DNA of 63,184 nt, counting the filler, from Kipferlia bialata (Eukaryota), in NCBI GenBank assembly GCA_003568945.1. It is 3 parts of 3 records of this genome, joined end to end, with 100 filler letters (N's around TTAATTAATTAA, not from the genome) between each part and the next. Parts side by side here need not be neighbours in the genome. Positions count along the whole stretch, not along the records: positions 1 to 21,408 come from BDIP01000123.1; 2 more parts are not named here. One strand, given 5' to 3'. A program made the translations under genes and the position numbers. The notes under the pieces were generated by a model that was not told the DNA's origin, searched no databases, and was given only the letters and a program-made list of their open reading frames with translations. This document shows positions 1 to 12,361 of this stretch, piece by piece; the first letter of the stretch is position 1; each line of letters starts with the position of its first letter.

Positions 1-101
1 CTTTGGGTTTGGTTTTTTTTCCCCCCCCCCCCCCCCCCCTCTTCCTCTATGCTGTTTTCTATTTGTCACTACCACATCCATACCACCCACCCTCACCCCA
101 G

Positions 102-2066
102 CAATGCTGAGGACGAGGCCGATGTGTTCCTGGCCGACTACCTCACTGGCCAGAAGTGGATAGACGACGGGGCAGAGGATGAGGTGAGGGATGCATGGGG
201 AGGAGAGTCATATCTAAATGTCTCACCACAATGACTCTCTCCCTTATACCCAGGCCCCAGCTGAGGAGGAGGTGGACGAGTCCGAGCTGGAGGACAGTGA
301 GATTGAGCTACACGCACAGGAGAGGTATGATGGGTAGTCTGATACTATCATACCCCCCCCCCCCCTCTACCCCCTAGGTACCAGGCTGCCTATGCCCACC
401 GTGACCAGACCGTGATGGCAGATGCCGAGGAGGAGATCAAGGAGGTCAGGGAGAGGCGGAGCAAGAGGAAGGAGAAGAGAGCGGCCCGCAAGGTATGTAG
501 TGGGTAGTTGGTGTGGCCTCTGTATCGGTACTCCTCTCTCCCTCTCTCTCTCCCACCCCCCCCTGACCCCCAGCTGAAGCAGAGGGCTGAGGCCGAGGAG
601 AACAAGGAGAAGATCGCAAAGGAGGTATGGGAGTGACTCACACTTGTGTCTATGCCCTATGACATACCCCCCTATGTTTATACCTACTTCAGGTCGAGGC
701 CAAGAGAGAGGTCATCCTGGCCAAGGTGATGGCCATGGTCAATGACCAGGGGCTGTCCATGGAGAAGCTCAGAGGTGTGTGTGGGTGTGTGGGTGTGTGT
801 GCTGTAGGGTATACCCTCTCCTCTCTGTCTCCCTATCCCCTCACCCCCAGGCCACCCCATTGCCTCAGAGCTGGGCCTGGATGCCGAGGAGGAGGGAATG
901 GGGGGAGAGGAGGGCAGCGAGTGGGACGAGGAGAAGGTGGGGGCTGGGTGTTTGAGTATGGAGGAGTACCCGTGTCTCTCTCTCACCCCAGGCCGATGCC
1001 GTTGCCGAGCAGCATGCTGCCGAGTATGACCTGGACCCTGTGGTGGAGGCAGAGCTAGACAGGTGGGGCATGATATCAGTGGTTATCTGTGTGGGAATAG
1101 AGTATCCACTTCAGTGTTTTCCTCGAAACCTCACCCTCAGGGCCCTTGAGGAGCTGTATGCCGCTGAGAGGCCGGACTACATCCCAGGTGAGGCACTGCC
1201 TGTTGTGTCCTCTTTTGCTTCACATATATACCCTACCCTACCCCTCACCCCTAGGCGTTGGTGGTGTGAGGTTCAAGTACGCCACAGTTGATGCCGAGGA
1301 CTTTGGGATGGACCTCAACACACTCATGTTCTCTAAGGTATTTGTGTATATCTGTACATCTTCGCCCCTCTATCCCCCTCTCCCTCTGACCCCCTAGGAT
1401 GAGGAGCTTGACAACGCTGTTCCTATGCAGGCCCTGGCCCCATACGTCCAGACGGACGATGAGGTGGTGGTCAAGGTAGGGAGGGTGTCTGTGTGTGTGT
1501 GTGTGTGTCGTGTGTGCCCATATCTTCCTACATCCCCCCCCCCTCTGTCTGACCCCAGGCCAAGGCCAGACTCGAGAACATGGCCAAGCCTAGGATGGTA
1601 CGTGTCGTGTATATCTCTCCCAGTTGATATTATCTCTGTATCAATTATGTGTTTGGTACATCATACACACCTGCCGTGTCTGACCAGAAGGGCAAGAAGC
1701 ACAGGCAGAGAGAGAAGAGGCGGAGGGAGGAGGAGCAGGCTGCCTGGGAGGAGAAGGTTCAGGAGAAGAAGGCAAAGCGCAGACAGGTAGGGGTCGACTA
1801 TGTACACAGTTACACTCTCTTTGACTCTTTTGTCTGTGTGAAGAGTGTCCTCTGACCCCCAGGATGCCCAGGGCAAGAGAGAGGAGGAGAAGGAGAGGCC
1901 AAAGTACAAGTGAGTCATGCATGCATATCTCTCCCTCTCTCTCCCTCTCTCCCTTACCCCCAGGTCCACCAAGGAGGAGAGGCCCAGGACCAAGGAGAGG
2001 AGAGAGAAGAGAGAGGCCAAGGCAGCAAGGGCCGCCAACAGGTCCAAGCACTCCCACAAGAAGTAG
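102..2066 (+). CDS. KRI1: KRI1-like 40S ribosome biogenesis protein, 3' part, multi-exon (5' end outside window)
   Basis: Spliced exons give DEADVFLADYLTGQKWID ... FKYATVDAEDFGMDLNTLMFSKDEELDNAVPMQALAPY, matching the Kri1 C-terminal pattern FKY...FG......D.EL......LAPY. Acidic/basic composition. Last exon ends SKHSHKK*, TAG at 2064-2066. Confidence 0.85.
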
Positions 2067-2327
2067 GGGAGATAGATGCTCCTTCTCTGAGCACTTGAGT
2101 TGTGTGAATAGATATTCGTTACCAGTATGTCATCTCGCCATCTCCCACCAGGAATGGGATTAGCTGGGTCTCGATACACCATTTCATCGATACATAAAAC
2201 GATATATTACAAGGGCAATGATCCCCTTTCTCTTGACAGAGATGTACTCTTCATCGAACGTGCCTCTGAGGGGCTCTATCCCCTGTGCTGACACAGACTG
2301 TGGCTATGACACCAGTGTGTCTAGACT

Positions 2328-5300
2328 CTATGGCTCCAGACTGGCACTGCGCTGGCTGGACTGGGACTGAGATTGAGACTTGGTACGGGGGGCATCTCTC
2401 TCTCTCTCTCCCTCCACGGGCTGTGCCAATACACTCTCCCCCTCCTCCATGTCCTGCTTGACAGGCCCCTGGGGTGACTGGGGGGGCACGTCCCACCCCT
2501 GCACTGTGATGGTCTCCCCCGGTGCCAGGGGTCTGATGGCCTTGAGGTACAGGACAGGTACACCCAGCAGAGTCACTACCATCAGCACGGCATTGTACCC
2601 ATCTGCCTTCACCCCACACATGGTGCCACTAGGCACCTCCACCGACACATTCGGGGTCCCAGCGGCATTGGGGAGGGGTATGACGGTGTGGCCAGCACGA
2701 GCAGGTACCGCATCACCTACATAGAGCGTACCCTTGATTATAGTTAGGAGGGTACCTCTGTTCACCCGTTTCTCTGCAACCATCCTCACCCCCCCACCCC
2801 CTGCCCCACGCATCATCCCAGTCCTGCCCTCCATAGTCCTCCGGGCCTTGCTGACCCTAGTGTTGTAGTCAGCCCTGGCCATTGGTTTGCCACTGGGCCG
2901 CGTCACTCTGCTAGGCGTACCCGGCAGTTCGTCGGCCACCCCCTCTGCCTCAGTGACACCCACCAGATGTATGTGTCCACACATACCCAGCAGTTCTCCT
3001 TCCCTCTCCCTCCCGTATACATGGGTCAGGGTTGAGAGGGGCAGAGGCCTCGCTGACACAGGGGTGGGACTCCGGCCCTGGGACCTACGCTTGGCCGATG
3101 GCTGCGTGGGCGGCATCTCTCTCTGGCTCAGCTCCCAGTCTGCATACACAACGTATTTCCCACTCTCGGAGTTTTCGTCCTGGTCTAGCTGTGTTCGTGG
3201 CAATGAGAGTGTTCCTGATCGCCTCTTCAGCCTCTGACGCCTTCTCACGTAACTCTCTCTCTCTCGCTTCTTGCTGCCCTCGGTCTCCTCTCCGTTCTCC
3301 AGGAAACTGACACACTCCGACGCAGTATCCTCTACAGAGGGAGTGTCTTGGGGGAGAGTGGGACTTAGCCACGTATCCCCACCATCCTCGGTGAGACCAG
3401 TCTCCTCAACCTTAGCTTGGACAGTACGTCTCCTTCTCCCCTTAGTGTCTACGTGTGCTGTTGCAATCTGTTGGGGGACACTCAGGGCGAGACCTCCCTT
3501 AGAACCCGTGGGAGCCTCTCTCTCCCGCTCTCTCCCTTCACGCTGTGCCATCGCAGCTACAGTGGGAGGTGAACCAGTTGTGGTGCCTACATCGAGGATG
3601 GGCGGAACGGTTCTGGAGAGCAGGCTACCTGAGGTGAGAGTGTGCTAGAGGCAGACATAATTATGTCAGTAATTGTAACTCAATTCAACATCATAGATGA
3701 CACTCACCTTGTGTCAGAGGCCCCTGGCTGATACTGTCATCTAGATGGCTCAAGAGCCCAAGTTGCTCACCCTCTGTCCCCGATCCATCAATCACGACAG
3801 TAGTCTCACCCACACGGTGTGGCGCAGAAACACCTCCAGCCTCTCGTAAACACTCTGTGTCTTCCCCTCTCTCTTCCTCCTCCCCTGACAGTGCCTTTGC
3901 CCGACGCAGGTCTTGGTTTTCCTTGACCAGCCTCTCCAGCTGGTGATCTTGTTCTCTGAGGGCATCGCTAAGATGCCTGGTCTCCTGTCCATCCCTCGCC
4001 TGTTGCAGCTGCACCCTCAGCTAGAGGTCAGACTGCAGTTGTAGACAGTGGCATGATGTTACTGTCATGACTCAGCATTAGAAAGGTGTGATACACCTAT
4101 GGCTCGGAACAGGAGTCTATATCAGTAGTGTATATACATATATACCCGCTCACACTCTAGTGTCCTGTCACGGAGGTCCCGTTGGAGCCCCTCCACATCT
4201 ACATCATGCTGGGCATTGATCTCTGCGAGGTCAGGAAATGTGGAAAGGTAGGACAGAAAGAAGTATATATATATATGGGAGAGACGTATATGTCACTCAC
4301 CGGCTTCATACTCCTTCATTGACTGGCCACACTGCTTCGCCACCTCAGCCCTGGCCACATTGCCTCCCTCTACCATTCCAGCAGTATAGCCCTCATCCCA
4401 TACCCTGAGGTGAGAACCGATAGTATCACACAAGGAAAAGGCAACAGTCTGTCATATACTATCCATACTGCATATCTCAATCACCCTATAGGAGCATCCC
4501 AACCTACGCATGTCCCTCTGTATCTGCTCCACCTCCTGCACGGGTATTGTCACCATGCCCCCTGCCACACCCTGTGTCCCTGGGGTGGTACACACTGACA
4601 GGCACCTGGCCAGGGCAGGGGAGAGACCCAGTGCCAGTTTGGCAAGGGGGTTGACACAGGGCGTCTCTGGGAGGGCAGTCGACCTAGCATCTGGTGCCGG
4701 AAATGCAATAGGAGACAGACCGACAGACTGGGTGCTGACAGTGCGGCCCAAGGGGGGACGCATAGGGGGACGGTTCCTCTCTCTTCGTCTCCCCTGGTGT
4801 AAGGGAAGGGTCTGCTGCAGTGTATGAATGGAAGTTACGCTCATACCTCTTGGGAACTCTCTACTGCCCTCCTTCTCTTTAAAGGAGTGTACTACTAGTA
4901 TGTCTCTATACATCACACATTGGTATGTAAGGGGCCCTACCAGGGTGGTTTCTACTGCAGCACATCCAGAGGAGCATGCATCTTGGAGTGCTGCACATCG
5001 CTCAAGGACCCTCTGAAGTGAGTGAAGCAGAAGTGGAAGAGGGATGGGGGTTATATTATCAGCCCTACAAGATATAGCCACCCACCCTAGTCTGCGTGTA
5101 CTTGGCTGGGTCGTTCTGGACATGGAGGAGGAGGGTGACTCCTGAGACATTAGTGATACTAGGATGCTATTGACGTATTGACTAGTATAACATACCTGCG
5201 GCCGGTTCTAGGTCAGCCGTCAGGAACCCTAGGAGTGGGCTATCTCTGGGGTAAGCCTACATAGATGCAACATAGGTTGGAGTTCTGACTTAACAAATGA

Positions 5301-6314
5301 CATACAAGTCTGCCATTGTAAAAGAGTAGCAGTACCTGCCCATGTTTCTGACTCCCTGTATGTCCGAATCCCCTCTCTCTCTGCGAGACAGAACACTGCC
5401 AAGGGCATCAAGGAAGGAGTTAACCTCTGCACACTGAATATCAGAGACTGAAAGGAGAGAGGAGAATGGAGATGGATTGAACATTGGCAAGCAGCCTACT
5501 TATCATGTCACAAGCGTATCTTGACACCACACCTGCTCTGTTGCCACACAGTCTGTACTGTCTGTATCCTCTGTCTCACACCCGGCAAAGTCGACTAGAG
5601 TAACACGACAGAACTCTATCTCTCTGCCATCCGCCCCCATCTCAGTCACCATGATCCTAATAACCAGGTGAGACCTAAGGAATCAGGCAAGTAAGAAGCA
5701 AATGGATTTACAGAAAGCTTCGCTGTTTATGTACACTCACTGATCTTACTACTTGCACCATATACACTGAGTGGATACCTGGATGACCGTGTGTTGTCGC
5801 TAGTGCGTGATATCTTCCTTCGTCTCAGTATCGGCTGGGTGTAAGAGACCAGAGTAACACTGACGGAAGATATTGGTGAAATACATAGATGGGCACCACG
5901 TCAATAACATGCAAGTGCGTCTCACCAGCAATGCGGGAATTGCCCCTGGATATGTGTCCCTCTGAAGGAATCTGACACCTGGAGGGTAAGAAGTGGGAAT
6001 CAAGCAGTGTGGCCAATAGGTTTTTGTAAGGGACCAAAGACACTATAACGAATAGTCACAGTCAATACCTTGTGGTGAATTGACGGACAGCCGTACAGGA
6101 GGATCACTGGCACCTCTACCCTGAGGTGAGATAGGAATGAGCTCATAATTGACAAGATGAGCTCATGCACACGACTACATGCTTATATGAAAGCACCTGA
6201 GACTGTGATAGAGGTGCACATATATATCTATATATAAATATGAGTGCTATATGGATGATACACACGCACCTGTTCGTCTTCGGCACAGAGGTCATACAGA
6301 GAACCCTGATAGTC
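2328..6314 (-). CDS. Unknown multi-exon protein with central coiled coil and C-terminal degenerate SET-like segment (5' end in gap)
   Basis: Minus-strand exons with canonical splice sites (DYQGSLYDLCAEDEQ near 6270-6314, coiled coil LQQARDGQETRHLSDALREQDHQLERLVKENQDLRR, long last exon in ORF 2328-3551 containing LYLKAIRPLAPGETITV). Exon chain only partly resolved and could be two genes. Confidence 0.55.
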
Positions 6315-6371
6315 CTGGGAGGTAGAAGGGCGGGGGGGGGGGGGGGGGGGGGAGAAAAACATAGTGGGGGG

Positions 6372-6840
6372 NNNNNNNNNNNNNNNNNNNNNNNNNNNNN
6401 NNNNNNNNNNNNNNNNNNNNNNNNNNNNNNNNNNNNNNNNNNNNNNNNNNNNNNNNNNNNNNNNNNNNNNNNNNNNNNNNNNNNNNNNNNNNNNNNNNNN
6501 NNNNNNNNNNNNNNNNNNNNNNNNNNNNNNNNNNNNNNNNNNNNNNNNNNNNNNNNNNNNNNNNNNNNNNNNNNNNNNNNNNNNNNNNNNNNNNNNNNNN
6601 NNNNNNNNNNNNNNNNNNNNNNNNNNNNNNNNNNNNNNNNNNNNNNNNNNNNNNNNNNNNNNNNNNNNNNNNNNNNNNNNNNNNNNNNNNNNNNNNNNNN
6701 NNNNNNNNNNNNNNNNNNNNNNNNNNNNNNNNNNNNNNNNNNNNNNNNNNNNNNNNNNNNNNNNNNNNNNNNNNNNNNNNNNNNNNNNNNNNNNNNNNNN
6801 NNNNNNNNNNNNNNNNNNNNNNNNNNNNNNNNNNNNNNNN
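6372..6840. other. Assembly gap (N run) flanked by poly-G/poly-C
   Basis: Run of N. Confidence 1.
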
Positions 6841-6894
6841 TCTAGCGCTGTTTTTTCCCCAATCCCCCCCCCCCCCCCCCCCCCCTCACCGTAG

Positions 6895-7259
6895 GCATAT
6901 GCGTCCCAGCACCAGCTCATCTTCCACGAGGTGTCGGCCAAGACAGGCCGGAAGGTATCAGTATCAGTGTATATATATTGTACCAGACTATATATGTATA
7001 TATTGATACTGATACTACGTATCCATATACGTATCCAGGTGTCGGCAAAGACAGGCCGGAAGGTACGTCACGTGTCCCATCAACACTCCCCCCCCTCCCA
7101 CCCCTCTCCCTCCTTCTCTCCCCCCAGGTCACTGAGGTGTTCCGTTCCATTGCAGCCTATGTTCCCCACTCGGCAGATGCCGACCCAGACGATGACCTTC
7201 TAGGTCCCATCACTGGGTCCCACGAGCTGGACCAGGGCAACGGGGGGTGTCCCTGCTAG
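6895..7259 (+). CDS. Rab-family small GTPase, C-terminal exons
   Basis: AYASQHQLIFHEVSAKTGRK|VTEVFRSIAAYVP...NGGCPC*: G5 box (E.SAK), F..IA helix and C-terminal CxC prenylation motif. N-terminal part lies in the gap. Confidence 0.85.
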
Positions 7260-7785
7260 GGGTGGGTGTCAGTCTGTTGACGCCTGAGACAGCTGGGTCT
7301 GGAGGTCTGGATACGTATAGTGTATAGTGCATAGGCATGTGACACAGGGTTGTGACTAATGGTCTTCCCCCCACTGTTGCTACGTGTCGCCTATCCTCGT
7401 CCTCCACTCTCTGTTGCCTCTAGGTGTCCCCTTCCGCGAGTCACATGATGTGATATCTCAGGGAGGGTGTGTATTCTGTGTTTGAGTGTAGTCTTTCGTA
7501 TTTACCAACGGTTCTAGAATGAATTAGATGAGATCTGTTGTTATAGGGAGCCAGTAACACTTGTACTGTTTTGTTTGTTGTTCTCTGCTCGTAGCATCAT
7601 TGGGAATATGATACCAATATATCATATATATATCATATGGCTCCAGTGAATCAGAAGGGCAGCCCTTGAAGCTGTCACAGTAACAGTGTTTTTGGTTAGA
7701 AACACAGAAAGGGTTTAGAGTAATACCAGTGTTGGTTTTGAGGTAAGCGTCTTCACTCACAGGTGTTGTATCACACCAGAGGACC

Positions 7786-9940
7786 ATGGAGAATTACCAA
7801 GGTTGTATCCATTATAGTACTGGAGCGACGGCTCCAGCAAGTGTAGCAAATTACTGTTTCCATTGATTGAAGATTCTTGTATTGCAGATAGTTCATGAAA
7901 TTCATACTTCACTCATACCTCCTCACACTCACATTAGTGCTGGACACCATTGGCCGTGGTTCCTTTGGGACTGTGACCCGGGTCAAGAATCGCCAGGTTT
8001 GAGAGTTGGTGCCAATATTTGAAGTGTCCTAATTGCTGAGTCAAGCTCTGCATCAATAAGGCTCTGTCCTCCTGGGTCATCCTGGTATCCCTGTTCCAAT
8101 CCCATATTCACAGTCAGGATGGAAAGATCTACGCATGCAAGGATATCAGCTACGGCCGGATGTCTGAGAAGGAGAAGGAGCTTCTGGTGTCTGAGGTGGG
8201 TGTGGCAGTCTGTGTCAGTGCCATATGTGCATGGGTGTGTGTGTCCATGCTCCACTTTGTGCCCCCTGACCCTCACCCCAGGTCAATCTGCTGAGGGAGA
8301 TGGACCATGAGTACATTGTCAAGTACAAGGACAGGTGGGTGTCATCTATATAGGAGTGTATTATCAGTAGTATTGTCGGGTCTTGCTCCTTGTTGCTCAC
8401 CCCAGAATCCTGGACAAGAACAGACAGCGCATCTACATCTACATGGAGTACTGCTCTGGCGGAGACCTTGCCTCCTACATCAAGAGGCATAAGAGTCAGG
8501 TATATCTATGCCCTGGACTGAGTCCTGTCCGCTCACTCTCTTCTCACCAAGTGAGACCACTCTTCCATCGTAACATATTCCATATCATGTCTTGTGAGTA
8601 CGTTGTGTCTACCCCTGCTGTATTTTGTGGCTGTCGTGACTCCTGCTGACCCAGCGTAACTACGTGTCTGAGAACACTGTGTGGGCTGTCTTCATCCAGA
8701 TGCTCAAGGCCCTGCACTACTGCCACACCCACAGACCCAAGATGATCCTGCACAGAGACATCAAGCCAGGTACACTCCATACGCCCACCTCTCTAGGTAT
8801 ATAGCGCACCCCCCCTCCCCCCCTTATGCCTAGGCAACATCATGATGACGTCCACCTCTGCCGTCAAGCTGGGTGACTTCGGACTGGCCAGGACCCTCGG
8901 GGACTACTCCCTGGCCAGGACCAATGTGGGCACCCCCCTCTACATGTCCCCAGAGCAGATCCAGAAGCGGTATGTCCTCTGGTACCACTCCCCCCCTCCC
9001 CCGTATGTCCTCTGATTCCCAGCCCCTACAACGACAAGTGTGACATCTGGGCCCTGGGGTGCCTGCTCTTTGAGCTTGCCTCTCTCGTGCCCCCCTTCGA
9101 GGCCACATCGGTGGTGGGTATTTGTGTCAGTATCTATGCATCAGTATCTATCCATCAGTATCTATGCATCGGTATCTGTGAATGAGGGCACACATGTGTA
9201 TATGGGTATGTGTTCTGTGTGGTCTCTCACTGCCAGGCCGGCCTCAACCTCAAGATCAAGGCCGGGAAGTTCAACCCCCTGCCTGCCCAGTACTCGGCTG
9301 AACTCAGTGGCATCGTCAGGTGGGGTTGGATACCCAGCTACACTAGTATGTGTGTGTGTGGACTGACTCTCCAGGAGTATGTTGAGCCACGACCCCAAGA
9401 GCCGCCCCTCCACCACCGACCTTGTCAAGCTACCCACAGTCGCACAGCGGATGAGGAACGCGGTGCTGAGGGGGAAGGCACCCATGGACCATGCTGCCCA
9501 GAACAGAGAGAGGGCTAGGCCCAGGGTCAGAGAGCCAGCACCGGCACAGCTGGCACCCAGGTACTTGGATTGATGTATAGTAGAGACCCTCAGCAGAGGA
9601 TTGGCTGTCTGTGTGTTAGTATGTGTCTGTCTGCAAGTGTGTCCCCCCCTCTCCTCACCCCAGGGCCCCCACCAAGCCCCAGTCCAGACCCACCAGCGCT
9701 GTGGCTGTGGACCCCGCCAAGGAGAGGGAGAGGCTCAATGCCCTTGCCACCCAGCTGAGGCGGAGGGAGGCAGACGTCGAGAGGAGGTGGGTAGATGTGT
9801 GTATATGTATGTATGAATATATGTGTGTGTGTCTCTCTGACCCCAGGGAGTATGAGGTCAAGAGGAGGGAGGACGCTCTGCGCAGGAAGGAGGACGAGCT
9901 GAACATGCGTGAGAGGAGGGAGAGGATGAGGGCTATGTAG
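7786..9940 (+). CDS. NIMA-related Ser/Thr kinase (NEK2-like) with C-terminal coiled coil, multi-exon
   Basis: Spliced: [18 protein letters not shown]..|[41 protein letters not shown]..|[11 protein letters not shown]..|[35 protein letters not shown]..|[12 protein letters not shown]. All catalytic motifs intact. Ends ERMRAM*. Confidence 0.95.
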
Positions 9941-9953
9941 GGGGTCTACATCA

Positions 9954-9989
<36 letters not shown>

Positions 9990-10297
9990 GTCGTTGGCAG
10001 TTGTATTTGTATCATACAGAGTGAAGGATAGAGAGAGATCTCTATGCCCCCCCTAGAGTGGACTAGGATAGGGGGCTGTGAGGTTTAGTGGGTTTGTATC
10101 CGCGGTTTGGCGGATGAGAGTACCTAGTGGTTGTTTCAATATCCAATAGACTAGGACAGGAGACTGGGACAAGTATAGTCTATTGGGTAGGACTCCGTTG
10201 AGTAATAGTCACTATCTATCCACTTACGGCTACAGACTAACGCTGGAAGGTCTCACTGTCTCCGAGCACCCTGTGGTAGACCTAGTGGGGGCAGGTG

Positions 10298-12184
10298 TCA
10301 CACAGACAAGTGGCCACAGGACTGAGGCAAGGAACCATCAATGACACAACCTGCGGCATCATCACACAGGAGTACACAGGCGTTGGGAACCAATGATATC
10401 ACCCATTGACAGTAGGTAGATAGGCCTGCAGCAAGTGCCTCCCCTGCCGAGCTCACCCACTCCCACACTACCATACACCCACTCATGCACTACCATACAC
10501 CTACTGTGTACACACCGCCACTCATCACTGCTGCCATACTGACTGTGGCCAAGGGATCTGTAGAAGGGCTCGGGAGACAGGCGCTGTGTTGCCAAACTAA
10601 TGACTAGACACATGACTAGCCTACACAGACCAGGCACCCCACATCCTCTCCTAGCGTCTTGGGTATCAGTTTAAGGTAGTGGCAGCGCAAAGACTGGTCT
10701 AGCTGTCATCCTGTCTCATCTGGCTAATACAACCCAGACATGGACCCCATCCCCATGTGAGAGGTGACACAGTCACGCATGATGAGAGCACCACGTACTC
10801 TCACTGGCCCTACTCCCTACTCCATGGGTATGCCTGGTATGGGCACTGTATCCTGCCCCTCACACACCACAGACACGGTGGACAGGGAGGTGGACACAGT
10901 GTGTATGTGTGTCTGGGTGAGGGCATTGTTGCCAGTCAGGGTGAGTGTGGCGAGGTGTGCCATGCACCCATGACACATGACAGAGACAGAGGCAGGGGTC
11001 AGACCACACCCAGTCAGGTCGAGGTGCTCAAGGCGACGCAGACGCCTGGGGAGGGTCAGAAGGAGTGACATACATTTTTGTATACATATGCATATGTGAC
11101 AAGCATACCTGAGTAGGGGCAGCAGTGCCTCCAGTCCCTCTGTGCCTAGGTGGTTGTGGCTCAGAGACAGGGTGCGCACGTGATACAATACAGGCCACAG
11201 GGGGGGTAGGAGGCTCAGCTGGGCCGCGCCAAGGCATGGAGGTGAGAATGGTGAAGTATGAGGAAAGGTCATCCCCTGTATCATTCAGGGGATTGCATAC
11301 CTAACCGAGAGAGGTCCAGGTGCCTACACGACGACCAATCGTTGGAGGGGGCGGGTCCTGGGGCCTTAGGGTTCCCAGAACCGGCCTCTGAGGTTGGAGG
11401 GTCTGGAGATAACCAACATATACACTATGTGTATACTTATGTGTATTACACATGTTACATGAACAGAGCACATACTGCAGTAGCTAGTGATATCAGAGTG
11501 ACCTCACCCTTGGGAACAGGTATGACCTTGGCGGCACTCAGCTTGGCCCTGGATGCCATGAAGATGCCCTGGTTCCTGAGTATGCAGGACAGCATGGGGA
11601 GGGCAATGAGGTAGGTCTGGGGGTCAGGATGGGGAGGGGGGGGGGGGGCCTGTAGTTCCTCACTTCCTCATCACGTCTCTGACTAACCACATACCTCCCC
11701 CTCCTTGGTCTGTCTGGGGTCTGATCTGTCTATCTTACTGGATGTCAGGAGAGTCAACAGGGAGAATGACAGACACTCCCATATGTATATCGAAAGGGGC
11801 ATACCTGGCGTAGTTGTGAAGGTCAAACAGAAGGGAGTGGGCAGACTTGAACCCACTCAGAACCACCAGGTTCTCCTGCTGGTCCTGGGGTGTGAGGGAT
11901 AGGAGAGTGTGAAGTGTGTGGTTGCGGCAGAGGTAGCGAGTAAAGTGGAACAAATGAGAACGCCCCAAGTCTCAGCCACACAAAGCACTCCGTACCTCAA
12001 ACCTGTCAATCAGGGCCTGTTTGGCCTCCGACAGCTTCAGGGCCGGTGCCTTCTTCTCCGGCTTCCTCTCCTGCTCCCACGCACACACCTGGGTGCCGCT
12101 GGAGGGAGCCGAGGGAGGCATGTGGGACTTCTCCAGACTAGCCCAGAGGGCCCTCAACACAGGCTGGGGGCTGGTTCTATCCAT
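10298..12184 (-). CDS. Leucine-rich repeat (RNI-like) protein, multi-exon; 3' end approximate
   Basis: Starts MDRTSPQPVLRALW. Contains LRR units VRTLSLSHNHLGTEGLEALL, LEHLDLTGCGLTPASV and LATLTLTGNNAL. Confidence 0.7.
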
Positions 12185-12361
12185 GGATCCTTATAGGATG
12201 CTATTCGAAGAGAGTATCGATAGACCAGACTCACAAAGAGAGACGAATAAGTCAAGCGTTTTGTCTCATTGTTGGTTGACCGAATCGTCTTCCTCTCTCT
12301 TCTATAGCAAGTCAACACCTTCTATCAGTTCTGACTCCCGTATTACTCCCTGATAGACGAT

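Noticed and set aside
6228..6941. Long ORFs spanning the N gap
   Set aside because: Made of X residues. The 5' ends of two divergent intron-rich genes cannot both fit in 469 nt, so the gap is underestimated or misjoined.
7524..7787. 87-aa Cys-containing minus-strand ORF
   Set aside because: Overlaps the NEK start and promoter, has no recognisable motif or splice support, and has a non-ATG start in the track.
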